This document shows positions 8,466-16,013 of a stretch of DNA of 16,108 nt, piece after piece. The DNA lies in NCBI GenBank assembly GCA_964244895.1, contig CAXTKV010000120.1, positions 1 through 16,108 of the forward strand. Direction: 5' to 3'. The stretch is from an uncultured Deinococcales bacterium. GTDB lineage: Bacteria; Deinococcota; Deinococci; Deinococcales; JAAFIG01. The position numbers were made by a program, and so were the translations under genes. The notes beneath the pieces were generated by a model. That model did no database searches. It saw nothing but the letters and a program-made list of their open reading frames with translations, and was not told where the DNA came from. Within the stretch, counting starts at the first letter, position 1; every line of letters starts with the position of its first letter.

Positions 8466-8653
8466 AGTGGTTGGCGTCCAGGTGTCGTATCCGACGTGCT
8501 CAAACGATTGTGCTCGTCAGACCATGACGATTTTCTGACCCTTCTGGACATAAAACAAGAACACCGTCCAGGACGGTGTTCTGTACGCATCAGGCCGATG
8601 CCCGAGGGCAATCCGTTCGATCGGCGCTCAGGAGGCGTGCGTCGATGGCGCAC
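8462..8653 (-). CDS. Putative 63-aa bridge ORF across a REP-containing spacer
   Basis: GTG 8653 with GGAG 6 nt upstream lies inside the last 26 nt of the upstream GGDEF gene; its TGA overlaps the GTG 8465 of the next gene (GTGA). Confidence 0.3.
   Translation of the reverse strand: MRHRRTPPERRSNGLPSGIGLMRTEHRPGRCSCFMSRRVRKSSWSDEHNRLSTSDTTPGRQPL
8558..8582. repeat. Perfect 25-bp palindrome of the ACACCGTCC REP-like family
   Basis: AGAACACCGTCC-A-GGACGGTGTTCT. Confidence 0.85.
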
Positions 8654-9602
8654 CGGAAGCTCCGAGGAGTTCCACCAGACCCGCCTTGATGCTGGCCTTG
8701 TCGGCGTACATCCGACGATCCGCCTCGATCAGCGCGACTTCGAGGCCGTTGGCGGTCTGCGCCCAGCCCGCCGCCGCGTCCGGAAAGATCTCACGCACAC
8801 GCTGGATCAATTCCTGACCGCGTTCAGTGCCCAGGTGCAAACCCACGAATTCGTCGCCGCCGACGCGAAAAAACGCGTCCTCGAGCCTGGACGCGGCCTG
8901 CAGGGCGCGCGCGAAACGCTTCAGGTACGCGTCACCGATGGCGTGCCCCAACGAATCGTTGATGCGCTTGAGGTCGTTGACATCCCAGCTCGTGACGATC
9001 AATGGCACACCGCGCCGGGCCGCCAGCGCCTCGTAGCGCTCGAACTCGAGCCCGAGCGCACGGCGGTTGCCCAGGCTTGTCAGTTCGTCCAGGCTGGCCG
9101 CCCGCGAGAGCGCTTCTCGAGCCGCCTCGAGCTGCACCAGCAGCACGTGAATCACCGACCCGAGCGCCCCCGCCAGGAGCACTTGCATGGCCGCGAACGT
9201 CCACTGCCCGGTCTGGATTTGCGGCACGATGCACGCGCCCGCCACCAGCGCGCCGACCAACGCACCGCGCGGCCCGAAGTACACACCCAGAGCCATCACC
9301 TGCAGCATCGAGATCGAAGCGAACCCGAGCAGCCCGAACCCGCGCTGGAAGGCCGCACCGCTTGGGTCGAGGAAATACCAGGCCACGATCAGCATCGCCA
9401 GCGCGATGTGCGCGAAGGTCGCCAGCGCCACGCGCCGCCTCGAGACGAGCCACAACATCAACGTCATGCCGACGTGAATCGCGTGCCTGACCCAATCGCT
9501 TTGGGTGGCGTGAATCACGAACAGGAATACCGGGAAGGTGCCCATCCAGGTGCTCCACCAGTACGCGTGAAAGTACCGCTCGCCCAGCGGGGATAGCCTC
9601 AT
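8628..9602 (-). CDS. Membrane-anchored diguanylate cyclase (GGDEF)
   Basis: TM N-terminus, DELTSLGNRR, DVNDLKRINDSLGHAIGD, RLED I-site, FRVGGDEF. Start at ATG 9602 (or GTG 9620) to match paralog length; the ORF-track start at 9947 overlaps fabD and repeats. Confidence 0.9.
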   Translation of the reverse strand: MRLSPLGERYFHAYWWSTWMGTFPVFLFVIHATQSDWVRHAIHVGMTLMLWLVSRRRVALATFAHIALAMLIVAWYFLDPSGAAFQRGFGLLGFASISMLQVMALGVYFGPRGALVGALVAGACIVPQIQTGQWTFAAMQVLLAGALGSVIHVLLVQLEAAREALSRAASLDELTSLGNRRALGLEFERYEALAARRGVPLIVTSWDVNDLKRINDSLGHAIGDAYLKRFARALQAASRLEDAFFRVGGDEFVGLHLGTERGQELIQRVREIFPDAAAGWAQTANGLEVALIEADRRMYADKASIKAGLVELLGASGAPSTHAS

Positions 9603-9744
9603 TACTTCGGAGTTTTTCACGATCCACGAATGTATAGCGTCCAAAACCCGCACCGCCAGGCGGATGCATCCCAATGGGCGCGGCGAGAATGGCTCGTTCC
9701 CCGCCAGTCTCGAAAGCCGCGGGTCTTTCTCGAGGATAGCGCGA

Positions 9745-9879
9745 GAACACCGTCCAGCACGCATTCTTTCATTTGCTTCCTGGACGGTGTTCCTGTGCGG
9801 AGCCTCACGGCAGGCTTCACGGCGCGATGCTCGAGCACCCGATATGGGCATGAAGACCGTTCCAGACGGCGTTCTCGAG
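9745..9879. repeat. Two REP-like doublets (ACACCGTCC family)
   Basis: GAACACCGTCCAGCACGCA...TGCTTCCTGGACGGTGTTC (9745-9792); GAAGACCGTTCCAGACGGCGTTCTCGAG (9852-9879). Confidence 0.8.
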
Positions 9880-9921
9880 TCCTGGGAATCCGCAAACCGC
9901 GTCCACCACGCCGCGCTGCGG

Positions 9922-9927
9922 TAAACT
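9922..9927 (+). promoter_or_regulatory. -10 box TAAACT of a probable leaderless fabD transcript
   Basis: TAAACT-cgcggc-ATG(9934), no SD. Confidence 0.7.
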
Positions 9928-9933
9928 CGCGGC

Positions 9934-10857
9934 ATGACACGCAACATCGCCGCGTTGTTCCCCGGTCAGGGCTCGCAAACCGTGGGCATGACCCGCGCGT
10001 TTTACGACGAATCCGACGCCGCGCACCCGGTTCTCGAGCGCGCCTTCCAGATCATTCCCGGCCTGGAAGCCCTGATGTTCGACGGCCCAGAGGACGACCT
10101 GAAGCTCACGCAGAACGCCCAGCCCGCGCTGGTCGCGTCCGGCATCGCCTGCTACCGCGCCTGGAAGGTCGGCACGGGCCTGAAACCCGACTACGCCGCC
10201 GGGCACAGCCTGGGCGAGTTCAGCGCGCACGTCGCCGCCAAAACCCTCGAGTTCGACGATGCGCTGCGATTGGTTCGCGCCCGAGGCAAGTACATGCAGG
10301 CCGCCGTGCCCGTCGGTGAAGGCGCGATGGCGGCCATATTGAAAGTCAACCTGGACGCCATCCGGGAAGTCGTGGACGCGATCGACGGCGTTCAGGTCGC
10401 CAACCTGAACACCCCAGAACAGACCGTGATCTCCGGCACGACCGCCGCCGTCGCGCTCGCATCCGAGCAACTCAAAGCAAAAGGTGGTCGCGTGATCCCG
10501 TTGCAGGTTTCCGCACCGTTCCATTCCAGACTGATGAAACCCGCCCAGGAACGCCTGGAACGCGATTTCGCCGTGACCGAATGGCACGCGATGGATTTCC
10601 CCGTGATCGCCAACGTGACCGCCCAACCCGTGATGGACGCGCTCGAGGTTCCGGGGTTGCTCTTAGAGCAAGTCACCGGCAGCGTGCGCTGGGTCGAAAG
10701 CATCCAGACGCTGGCCGGGCTGGGCGCGACCGAATTCATCGAGTTCGGCCCCGGATCGGTGCTGACGGGCATGGTCAAACGCATTTTGCCCGACGCGAAA
10801 ACCTTCAATATCTCGAGCCCAACCGACCTGGACGCGTACATCAGGGCGAACGCCTGA
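9934..10857 (+). CDS. fabD: Malonyl-CoA:ACP transacylase
   Basis: FPGQGSQ, TQNAQPAL, catalytic GHSLGE, GAMAA, VANLN, VSAPFHS, SVRWVES, EFGPGSVL. Confidence 0.97.
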   Translation: MTRNIAALFPGQGSQTVGMTRAFYDESDAAHPVLERAFQIIPGLEALMFDGPEDDLKLTQNAQPALVASGIACYRAWKVGTGLKPDYAAGHSLGEFSAHVAAKTLEFDDALRLVRARGKYMQAAVPVGEGAMAAILKVNLDAIREVVDAIDGVQVANLNTPEQTVISGTTAAVALASEQLKAKGGRVIPLQVSAPFHSRLMKPAQERLERDFAVTEWHAMDFPVIANVTAQPVMDALEVPGLLLEQVTGSVRWVESIQTLAGLGATEFIEFGPGSVLTGMVKRILPDAKTFNISSPTDLDAYIRANA

Positions 10858-11283
10858 ATGGGCGTCCTGGCCGATCTTTTCGTGGCCACCGAGGACGACG
10901 TGCGGGCGCTCGGGCCTGACGAACTGCCGTCCGAGCACTTCCAGACGCTCGAGATGGCGGGGTTGACCGAGATTGAACTCGGCGCGCTCAACGCCCAGAT
11001 TCGAGACCTCGAGTTCGAGGATGCGATGGATGACCTCAGCTCATTTCGGGCGCTGGATGAAATCAACGGACCGTGGATCGTGAAATTCGAGGATGCGTTC
11101 ACGGAAGCTCTGGCCGCGTTATCGAACGAACACCTCGAGGAACACGCGCGAACCTGGGCGAGCATCGAAGAACTCCAGGATTGGGAATCGGATGATGCGC
11201 TCGCGGTGCTTCGCGGCATCGTCGAGTGCGCGCGAGCAGCAATCCGGGATCAAAAAATCGTGTTCCTCTGGAACAGCCTGTAA
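10858..11283 (+). CDS. Acidic hypothetical protein (141 aa), possibly YfbM/DUF1877-like fold
   Basis: ATG directly follows the fabD TGA; host-like codon usage; MG start, GPW, LA.L...W...EE and a terminal hydrophobic strand (IVFLW). The family guess is from recall only. Confidence 0.8.
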   Translation: MGVLADLFVATEDDVRALGPDELPSEHFQTLEMAGLTEIELGALNAQIRDLEFEDAMDDLSSFRALDEINGPWIVKFEDAFTEALAALSNEHLEEHARTWASIEELQDWESDDALAVLRGIVECARAAIRDQKIVFLWNSL

Positions 11284-11331
11284 ACTCGGACAAATTTCAG
11301 CCCGCCAAGACGTTCCAACGGAGGTTCATTC

Positions 11332-12075
11332 ATGTCCACAGCACGCAAAACACTCGTCACCGGCGCGGGTCGCGGTTTGGGTCGCGCCATCGCGCTGGAA
11401 TTGGGGCGTCGCGGGCATTTCGTGGCCGTTCACTACGGCAAATCCGCCACGGAAGCCGAAGCGGTCGCCCGCCAGATCACTGAACACGGCGGGCAATCGG
11501 TGCTGGTGCAGGGCGATCTCTCGAGCATGGAGGGCGCGAAAGCGGTCGCAGCACTGACCGTGGAAAAACTCGGTGGCCTGGAAGTGCTGGTCAACAACGC
11601 GGGCATCACGCGAGATGGACTGGCCCTGCGGATGTCGGATGACGCCTGGCAAGCCGTGATCAATACCGACCTGAGCGCACCGTTCGCGCTGATCCGCGCT
11701 GCCCTGAAGCACATGATGTCGGCGCGTTACGGACGGATCGTCAACATCGCCAGCGTGGTCGCCATCAAGGGCAACCCCGGCCAGGCCAATTACGTCAGCG
11801 CCAAAGCCGGACTGATGGGCCTGACGCGCGGCATCGCGCAGGAATACGGCAGCAAAGGCATCACCTGCAACGCAGTCGCACCGGGGTTCATCCATTCGGA
11901 CATGACGGACGGCCTGCCGGACGCCATCAAAGCCCAGTACCTGGGCGATATTCCCGCCGGGCATTTCGGCGAACCCGAGGACGTGGCGGCGGTCGTGGCG
12001 TTCCTGGCGTCGGAGGAATCGCGCTACGTCAACGGTCAGACCATCAGCGTGGACGGCGGCATGTACCCTCACTGA
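11332..12075 (+). CDS. fabG: 3-oxoacyl-ACP reductase
   Basis: TGAGRGLG, LVNNAGITRDGL, GRIVNIASVV, GNPGQANYVSAK (YxxxK), NAVAPGFI; SD GGAGG; located near fabD. Confidence 0.96.
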   Translation: MSTARKTLVTGAGRGLGRAIALELGRRGHFVAVHYGKSATEAEAVARQITEHGGQSVLVQGDLSSMEGAKAVAALTVEKLGGLEVLVNNAGITRDGLALRMSDDAWQAVINTDLSAPFALIRAALKHMMSARYGRIVNIASVVAIKGNPGQANYVSAKAGLMGLTRGIAQEYGSKGITCNAVAPGFIHSDMTDGLPDAIKAQYLGDIPAGHFGEPEDVAAVVAFLASEESRYVNGQTISVDGGMYPH

Positions 12076-12130
12076 GAACACCGTCTCGCACGCATCCTCG
12101 AGGACACGGTGCAGGACGGCGTTTCTCGAG
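12074..12130. repeat. REP-like doublet (ACACCGTCC family)
   Basis: GAGAACACCGTCTCGCACGCATCCTCGAG...GTGCAGGACGGCGTTTCTCGAG immediately at the fabG stop. Confidence 0.8.
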
Positions 12131-12162
12131 AAAAGATTTCGAATGCGCGCTCAGGGAACTGA

Positions 12163-12771
12163 ATGACGGACGAACCCAAATGGAGTCTATGGCTTGGAGG
12201 GATCGCTGTTGCGATCATCGCTGCCGGGCTAATCTGGGTTCTGTTGAGCGAGTGGCAAAGCGGCAACGCATCGCTCGGTTGGCGCGAGACGAAAGGGTTG
12301 ATCGTTACCTCTTACACGACCCAGGTTTCAAGCCGTTCAGGAAGCCGTAACGTCTCGGTCGTGAGATACGTGTACTCCGACTCACCCGGTTGGTCACCCC
12401 AACAACTGACCGGGCCATCACGCGAGACGAGCGGTCTGGTGGGTTTGGATCCTCAAACCCGCGAGACGCTTGAACGATTTTGCGATGGCAACGGAAACAC
12501 GATCGCTTACGAACGCCAACTCAAACTGAGGCTGTACTGCGGCTTTCGAATCGCGTATGGGGGCGATTCAGAGAACCCAATTTCCGCATTGAAGTACATT
12601 TCTGGTCGGGTGGTGCCCGTCTACGTTGATCCAGTTGAGCCCAGGCGCGCAGTCATAGAGCAAGGTTGGCACGGATTGAGCACCCTTGAGTGGTCTATTG
12701 TTTTCTCAGGGCTTGGCTTGGTGGTCATGGTGATGATTTTTCTTTTTGCCAGATGGCGACAAGCGTCGTAG
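12163..12771 (+). CDS. DUF3592-like membrane protein (TM - beta domain - TM)
   Basis: N-terminal TM, SLGWRETKGLIVTS, VRYVY, GRVVPVYVDPVEPRRAVIE, C-terminal TM: the DUF3592 pattern (W...G.I...Y.Y...G..V.VYYDP..P..A.L). Confidence 0.75.
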   Translation: MTDEPKWSLWLGGIAVAIIAAGLIWVLLSEWQSGNASLGWRETKGLIVTSYTTQVSSRSGSRNVSVVRYVYSDSPGWSPQQLTGPSRETSGLVGLDPQTRETLERFCDGNGNTIAYERQLKLRLYCGFRIAYGGDSENPISALKYISGRVVPVYVDPVEPRRAVIEQGWHGLSTLEWSIVFSGLGLVVMVMIFLFARWRQAS

Positions 12772-12780
12772 GTTCAGTGA

Positions 12781-12836
12781 GAAGACCATTCCACACGCAT
12801 TCTCGAGAAACACCGTGCTCCACAATGTTTCTCGAG
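12781..12836. repeat. Degenerate REP-like units (ACACCGTCC family)
   Basis: GAAGACCATTCCACACGCATTCTCGAG-AAACACCGTGCTCCAC-AATGTTTCTCGAG. Confidence 0.65.
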
Positions 12837-12858
12837 GAACCGCGTCGAATTCGTGCGG

Positions 12859-12864
12859 TAGGAT
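12859..12864 (+). promoter_or_regulatory. -10 box TAGGAT of a probable leaderless transcript
   Basis: TAGGAT-caccgg-ATG(12871); the AGGA could also serve as an SD. Confidence 0.55.
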
Positions 12865-12870
12865 CACCGG

Positions 12871-13527
12871 ATGGCCCGAGGCTCGCGCACCGATAGGCTG
12901 AGCTCGGGTTACTGGATTCCAGGTCTGATCCTTGCGGCGTTTATGATCTGGGCTGTCGCAGAGACGGTCATCGAATTTCGGGATGGGCGCGCGTCTGTGG
13001 GCTGGCGCGGGGTGCAGGGCGTGATCCTGCGTTCTGAATTGGTCAGGGCGACGAACAGGTACGGCAGGGATCAGTACGCGGTACATTACTTATTTTCGGA
13101 GTCACCCAACTGGTCGCCGGGCCGCTTGAGACAACTCCCGCGCGAATCGGACATGACGAGTTTGATCGGCGGGTTCAACCTGGATTTGAAGATTCTTGAG
13201 ACATTCCAGGCGTTCTGTGGCGGCTTCGATGGCGGCGGCAAAGTCAGCTTTTATGAACACAACCTCGGGCTGAAGCTGCGTTGCGGTGATCGAATTGCGT
13301 TCGGTGGCGACGCTGCGAACCCGGCGTTCGCGCAGAAATACCCGGTCGGTCGCGCGGTGACGGCCTACTTCGACCCGGCTGATCCAGCCCGTGCCACCCT
13401 CGAGCGCGGCTGGCACGGGCTGAGTTTGCTCGACTCGATTGTGATGGTGGTTTTTGTGGTGGTTTTGCTCGGCGGGTTCATCGTCACGATCTCGTACTGG
13501 CTCTCGCAAAGACGACGGTTGATGTGA
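12871..13527 (+). CDS. DUF3592-like membrane protein, paralog of the upstream gene
   Basis: ASVGWRGVQGVILRS, YLFSESPNWSP, RIAFGGD, KYPVGRAVTAYFDPADPARATLERGWHGLS align with the upstream paralog. Confidence 0.78.
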   Translation: MARGSRTDRLSSGYWIPGLILAAFMIWAVAETVIEFRDGRASVGWRGVQGVILRSELVRATNRYGRDQYAVHYLFSESPNWSPGRLRQLPRESDMTSLIGGFNLDLKILETFQAFCGGFDGGGKVSFYEHNLGLKLRCGDRIAFGGDAANPAFAQKYPVGRAVTAYFDPADPARATLERGWHGLSLLDSIVMVVFVVVLLGGFIVTISYWLSQRRRLM

Positions 13528-13535
13528 TCCGTTGT

Positions 13536-13580
13536 ACGCCGTCCTGCACGCATTCTCGAGAGTACGTGCGGGACGGTGTC
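13536..13580. repeat. REP-like doublet between convergent genes; possible terminator role
   Basis: ACGCCGTCCTGCACG-CATTCTCGAGAGTA-CGTGCGGGACGGTGT hairpin fills the gap between stops at 13527 and 13583. Confidence 0.8.
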
Positions 13581-13582
13581 CC

Positions 13583-14248
13583 TTAACCCTGTTCGGGCGG
13601 ATCGTTCGGTAAGCGCTGGCCGGTCAGCCAGTATTGGACGCGATCCGAGACGTTCTCGATGTGATCGCCGATGCGTTGCAGGCTGCGTCCGACGCGAAGG
13701 AGCGCGAGCGCTTTGGTGATCGTGCGCGGGTCCTCGAGCATGTAGGTCACGAGTTCGCGCTGGGTCTGCTCGTAGAGTTCGTCGATTTCGGCGTCCATGT
13801 CGGACGCGGCTCGAGCGCCCGCCGTATCGCGTTCGGTGAAAGCGCGGGATGTGGCCTCGAGCATGGTTTTCAATCGCGCGATCATCTGGCCCAGGTTGAT
13901 GTAGCGCTTCAACGGCGGTTCGGCAGCCAGCAACCTGCCGTCGTCGGCGACGTGAACGGCGTAATCGCCGACGCGCTCCAGGTCGGTCAGGGATTTCAGC
14001 ACGGCGGCCACCAGGCGCAAATCCGAGGCGACGGGCTGATGGCGCGCGATGATTTGCAGGCACTCGGTTTCGATCTTGATCTCGAGCTCGTCGACCGTCC
14101 TGTCCAGGTCGCGGACGCGCTGGGCGTCGGGAATGTTTTTTTCCAAGAGGACGTTCCCGGCCAGCTCAAGCTGTTCTTGGGTATAAGAGATCATCCGAAT
14201 GAAATCGGCGCTCACTTCGCGGATGTCGCGTTCCAGGGCTTCGCGCAT
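13583..14248 (-). CDS. phoU: Phosphate signalling complex protein PhoU
   Basis: Two PhoU repeats: DRTVDELE...ARHQPVASDLR...DLERVGDYA and DAEIDELY...SLQRIGDHIENV; SD AGGAG. Confidence 0.97.
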   Translation of the reverse strand: MREALERDIREVSADFIRMISYTQEQLELAGNVLLEKNIPDAQRVRDLDRTVDELEIKIETECLQIIARHQPVASDLRLVAAVLKSLTDLERVGDYAVHVADDGRLLAAEPPLKRYINLGQMIARLKTMLEATSRAFTERDTAGARAASDMDAEIDELYEQTQRELVTYMLEDPRTITKALALLRVGRSLQRIGDHIENVSDRVQYWLTGQRLPNDPPEQG

Positions 14249-14292
14249 GAATGTCTCCTAAAGGACTTCGGATCAATACCCCAAACGGGGAT

Positions 14293-15237
14293 TCAGGCTG
14301 CCCCTGCGGGCACGGTGAATCCGAACTCGTTGCCGTGCGATTCCGTATTGTAGCGGCCCCAGACGCGCCCGCCCCAGGCTTGCACGATGCTGCGCACGAT
14401 GTACAAACCCATGCCCGAACCGGTCGAGTCCTCGCCGCGACGGTGCGCTTCGAAGAGCGCGTCGTAATCGCTCAGGGCTGCGCCGCTGTCGCAGACGCGC
14501 ACCGTCACGAAACCATCGTGCCCGGACTCGAAAGGCATGGCTTCGAGAACCACCGTTCCGGGGTTCGGGCCGTGCCGCACGGCGTTCTCGGTCAGGTTCA
14601 GCATGACCTGAACCAGTTTGTCCGGGTCGCATTTGACCAGCACGTGCTCGCCGGTGACGCGCAGTTTGACTTCGCGGCGCATCAGTTCCGAGCCCAGCAA
14701 ACGCAGGATTCGCTCGAAAGATTCGCCGAGCGCGAAGGTGCGTTCGCTCTGCGGGCGGAATCCGACCGTCAGGTCTTCGGTCAGGCGCACCAGCCGTTCG
14801 ACCTCGATGCTGGCGATCTCGATGAAGCGCTGGCGTTGGGCTTCGGGCATCGTCAGTTGCATCGCCTCGAGCAGGCTCTTGATGGCCGCCACGGGCGTGC
14901 GGAACTCGTGCGAGAGCACGCTCATGACTTCCTTGAGTTCGCGTTCGCGGCTGCGCTGGTGCGTGATGTCTTCCAGGATCAGCGTGCTGGACACGCCTCG
15001 CGCCCGGATCAACTTTCCAGAGAGTTCCAGCTCGAGTTCTCCGCCCCGCAGCGCGAGTTGCTCGAGTCGGTGGTGGCGCAGGACTTCGATGGCGGTGCGG
15101 CCCACGGCGCGTTCGCGATCCACCTGCAACAACTCCGCGCAGGCGCGGTTCATGCCGATCACGCGCCCACCCTCGAAGGCCATCACGGCCTCCGAGAGCA
15201 CGTCCAGCAGCGCGAGTTCCATGTCGAAGGTCATCAT
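14293..15237 (-). CDS. phoR: Sensor histidine kinase PhoR-like (PAS-HisKA-HATPase, no TM segment)
   Basis: PAS-like MNRACAELL...VGRTAIEVLR, H-box SHEFRTP, N-box QVMLNLTENAVRH, DSG, G2 GSGMGL; ATGA overlap with the regulator; upstream of phoU. Confidence 0.88.
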   Translation of the reverse strand: MMTFDMELALLDVLSEAVMAFEGGRVIGMNRACAELLQVDRERAVGRTAIEVLRHHRLEQLALRGGELELELSGKLIRARGVSSTLILEDITHQRSRERELKEVMSVLSHEFRTPVAAIKSLLEAMQLTMPEAQRQRFIEIASIEVERLVRLTEDLTVGFRPQSERTFALGESFERILRLLGSELMRREVKLRVTGEHVLVKCDPDKLVQVMLNLTENAVRHGPNPGTVVLEAMPFESGHDGFVTVRVCDSGAALSDYDALFEAHRRGEDSTGSGMGLYIVRSIVQAWGGRVWGRYNTESHGNEFGFTVPAGAA

Positions 15238-15947
15238 GACGCGGTTTCGCTCGTTTCGTGAAGCGTCGGGGCGCGCATCCGGTAGCCCTTGCCGCGCACC
15301 GTCTCGACGTAACGCGGTTCGATCGGGTCGTCGTCCAGGTGCGCGCGCAACTGCGTGATGTGCTGATCCACGGTGCGTTCACCACCCATGAAATCCAGCC
15401 CCCAGACGCGATCCAGCAAATCCTGCCTGGAATACACGCGCCCCGGATGGGACGCCAGGAAGGCCAGCAAATCGAATTCTCGGCGCGTCAGGTTTAACTC
15501 TCGTGCGTTCATCAGGGCCGTGCCCGCGTCCAGGTCCACCTCGAGCGGACCGAGTTTGAGGCTGCCCTTGGGGCGATCCACGCCCGTCCTGCGCAGCAAG
15601 GCCCGCACGCGCGCCGCGAGCTCTGCGGCGCTGAACGGTTTGGTCAGGTAATCGTCGGCGCCCGCGTCCAGCCCCTCGACCCGATCCAGTTCCGTGGCCC
15701 TGGCGGTCAGCATCAGCACGGGCAGGTGGCGGTGTTCCGCGCTCGAGCGCAGGCGTTTGAGCCAGTTGATGCCCGATTCGTCCGGCAGCATCCAGTCCAA
15801 CACGATCACGTCGCTGCCCGGCAGTCGCTCCCAGGCTTCCAGGGCGGTCGGGCAGGCGCGCACGGTGTACCCGGAACGTTCGAGGTGAAAACGCACGGCT
15901 TCCCGGACTGATAGTTCATCCTCGACGAGCAGAACGGTAGATGACAT
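15234..15947 (-). CDS. phoB: OmpR/PhoB-family response regulator PhoB
   Basis: LLVEDE, LDWMLP (PhoB-like), PVLMLTAR, GADDYLTKPFS, winged helix ERTVDQHITQLR...ETVRGKGY; in an operon with phoR and phoU. Confidence 0.9.
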   Translation of the reverse strand: MSSTVLLVEDELSVREAVRFHLERSGYTVRACPTALEAWERLPGSDVIVLDWMLPDESGINWLKRLRSSAEHRHLPVLMLTARATELDRVEGLDAGADDYLTKPFSAAELAARVRALLRRTGVDRPKGSLKLGPLEVDLDAGTALMNARELNLTRREFDLLAFLASHPGRVYSRQDLLDRVWGLDFMGGERTVDQHITQLRAHLDDDPIEPRYVETVRGKGYRMRAPTLHETSETAS

Positions 15948-15952
15948 GCCTG

Positions 15953-15958
15953 AATCTA
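15953..15958 (-). promoter_or_regulatory. -10 box TAGATT of a probable leaderless phoB transcript
   Basis: TAGATT-caggc-ATG(15947) on the minus strand; no SD. Confidence 0.55.
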
Positions 15959-15970
15959 TTCTCGGGCTTC

Positions 15971-15992
15971 ACGTCAAGGTTTTGTCAGCCTC
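15971..15992 (+). promoter_or_regulatory. Putative PHO box (two 11-bp direct repeats)
   Basis: ACGTCAAGGTT-TTGTCAGCCTC: GTCA cores at 15973 and 15984, exactly 11 bp apart, 24-45 nt upstream of the phoB start. Confidence 0.5.
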
Positions 15993-16013
15993 ACGGCACG
16001 TTTGAAGGATGAT

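Noticed and set aside
8558..8582. Perfect palindrome as a specific transcription-factor operator
   Set aside because: It is a loop-less member of the dispersed repeat family also found between convergent genes, where an operator makes little sense.
7539..9596. 685-aa + strand ORF and other long antisense ORFs (829-2007, 2948-3865, 6389-7537, 14251-15261)
   Set aside because: Shadow ORFs opposite well-supported genes in high-GC DNA; no recognisable motifs.
12073..12165. fabG TGA followed by 28 open in-frame codons, a second TGA, then the next ATG in the same frame (readthrough or selenocysteine fusion)
   Set aside because: FabG is full length at its stop, two stops would need suppression, and the downstream hairpin is a REP-like copy rather than a SECIS.
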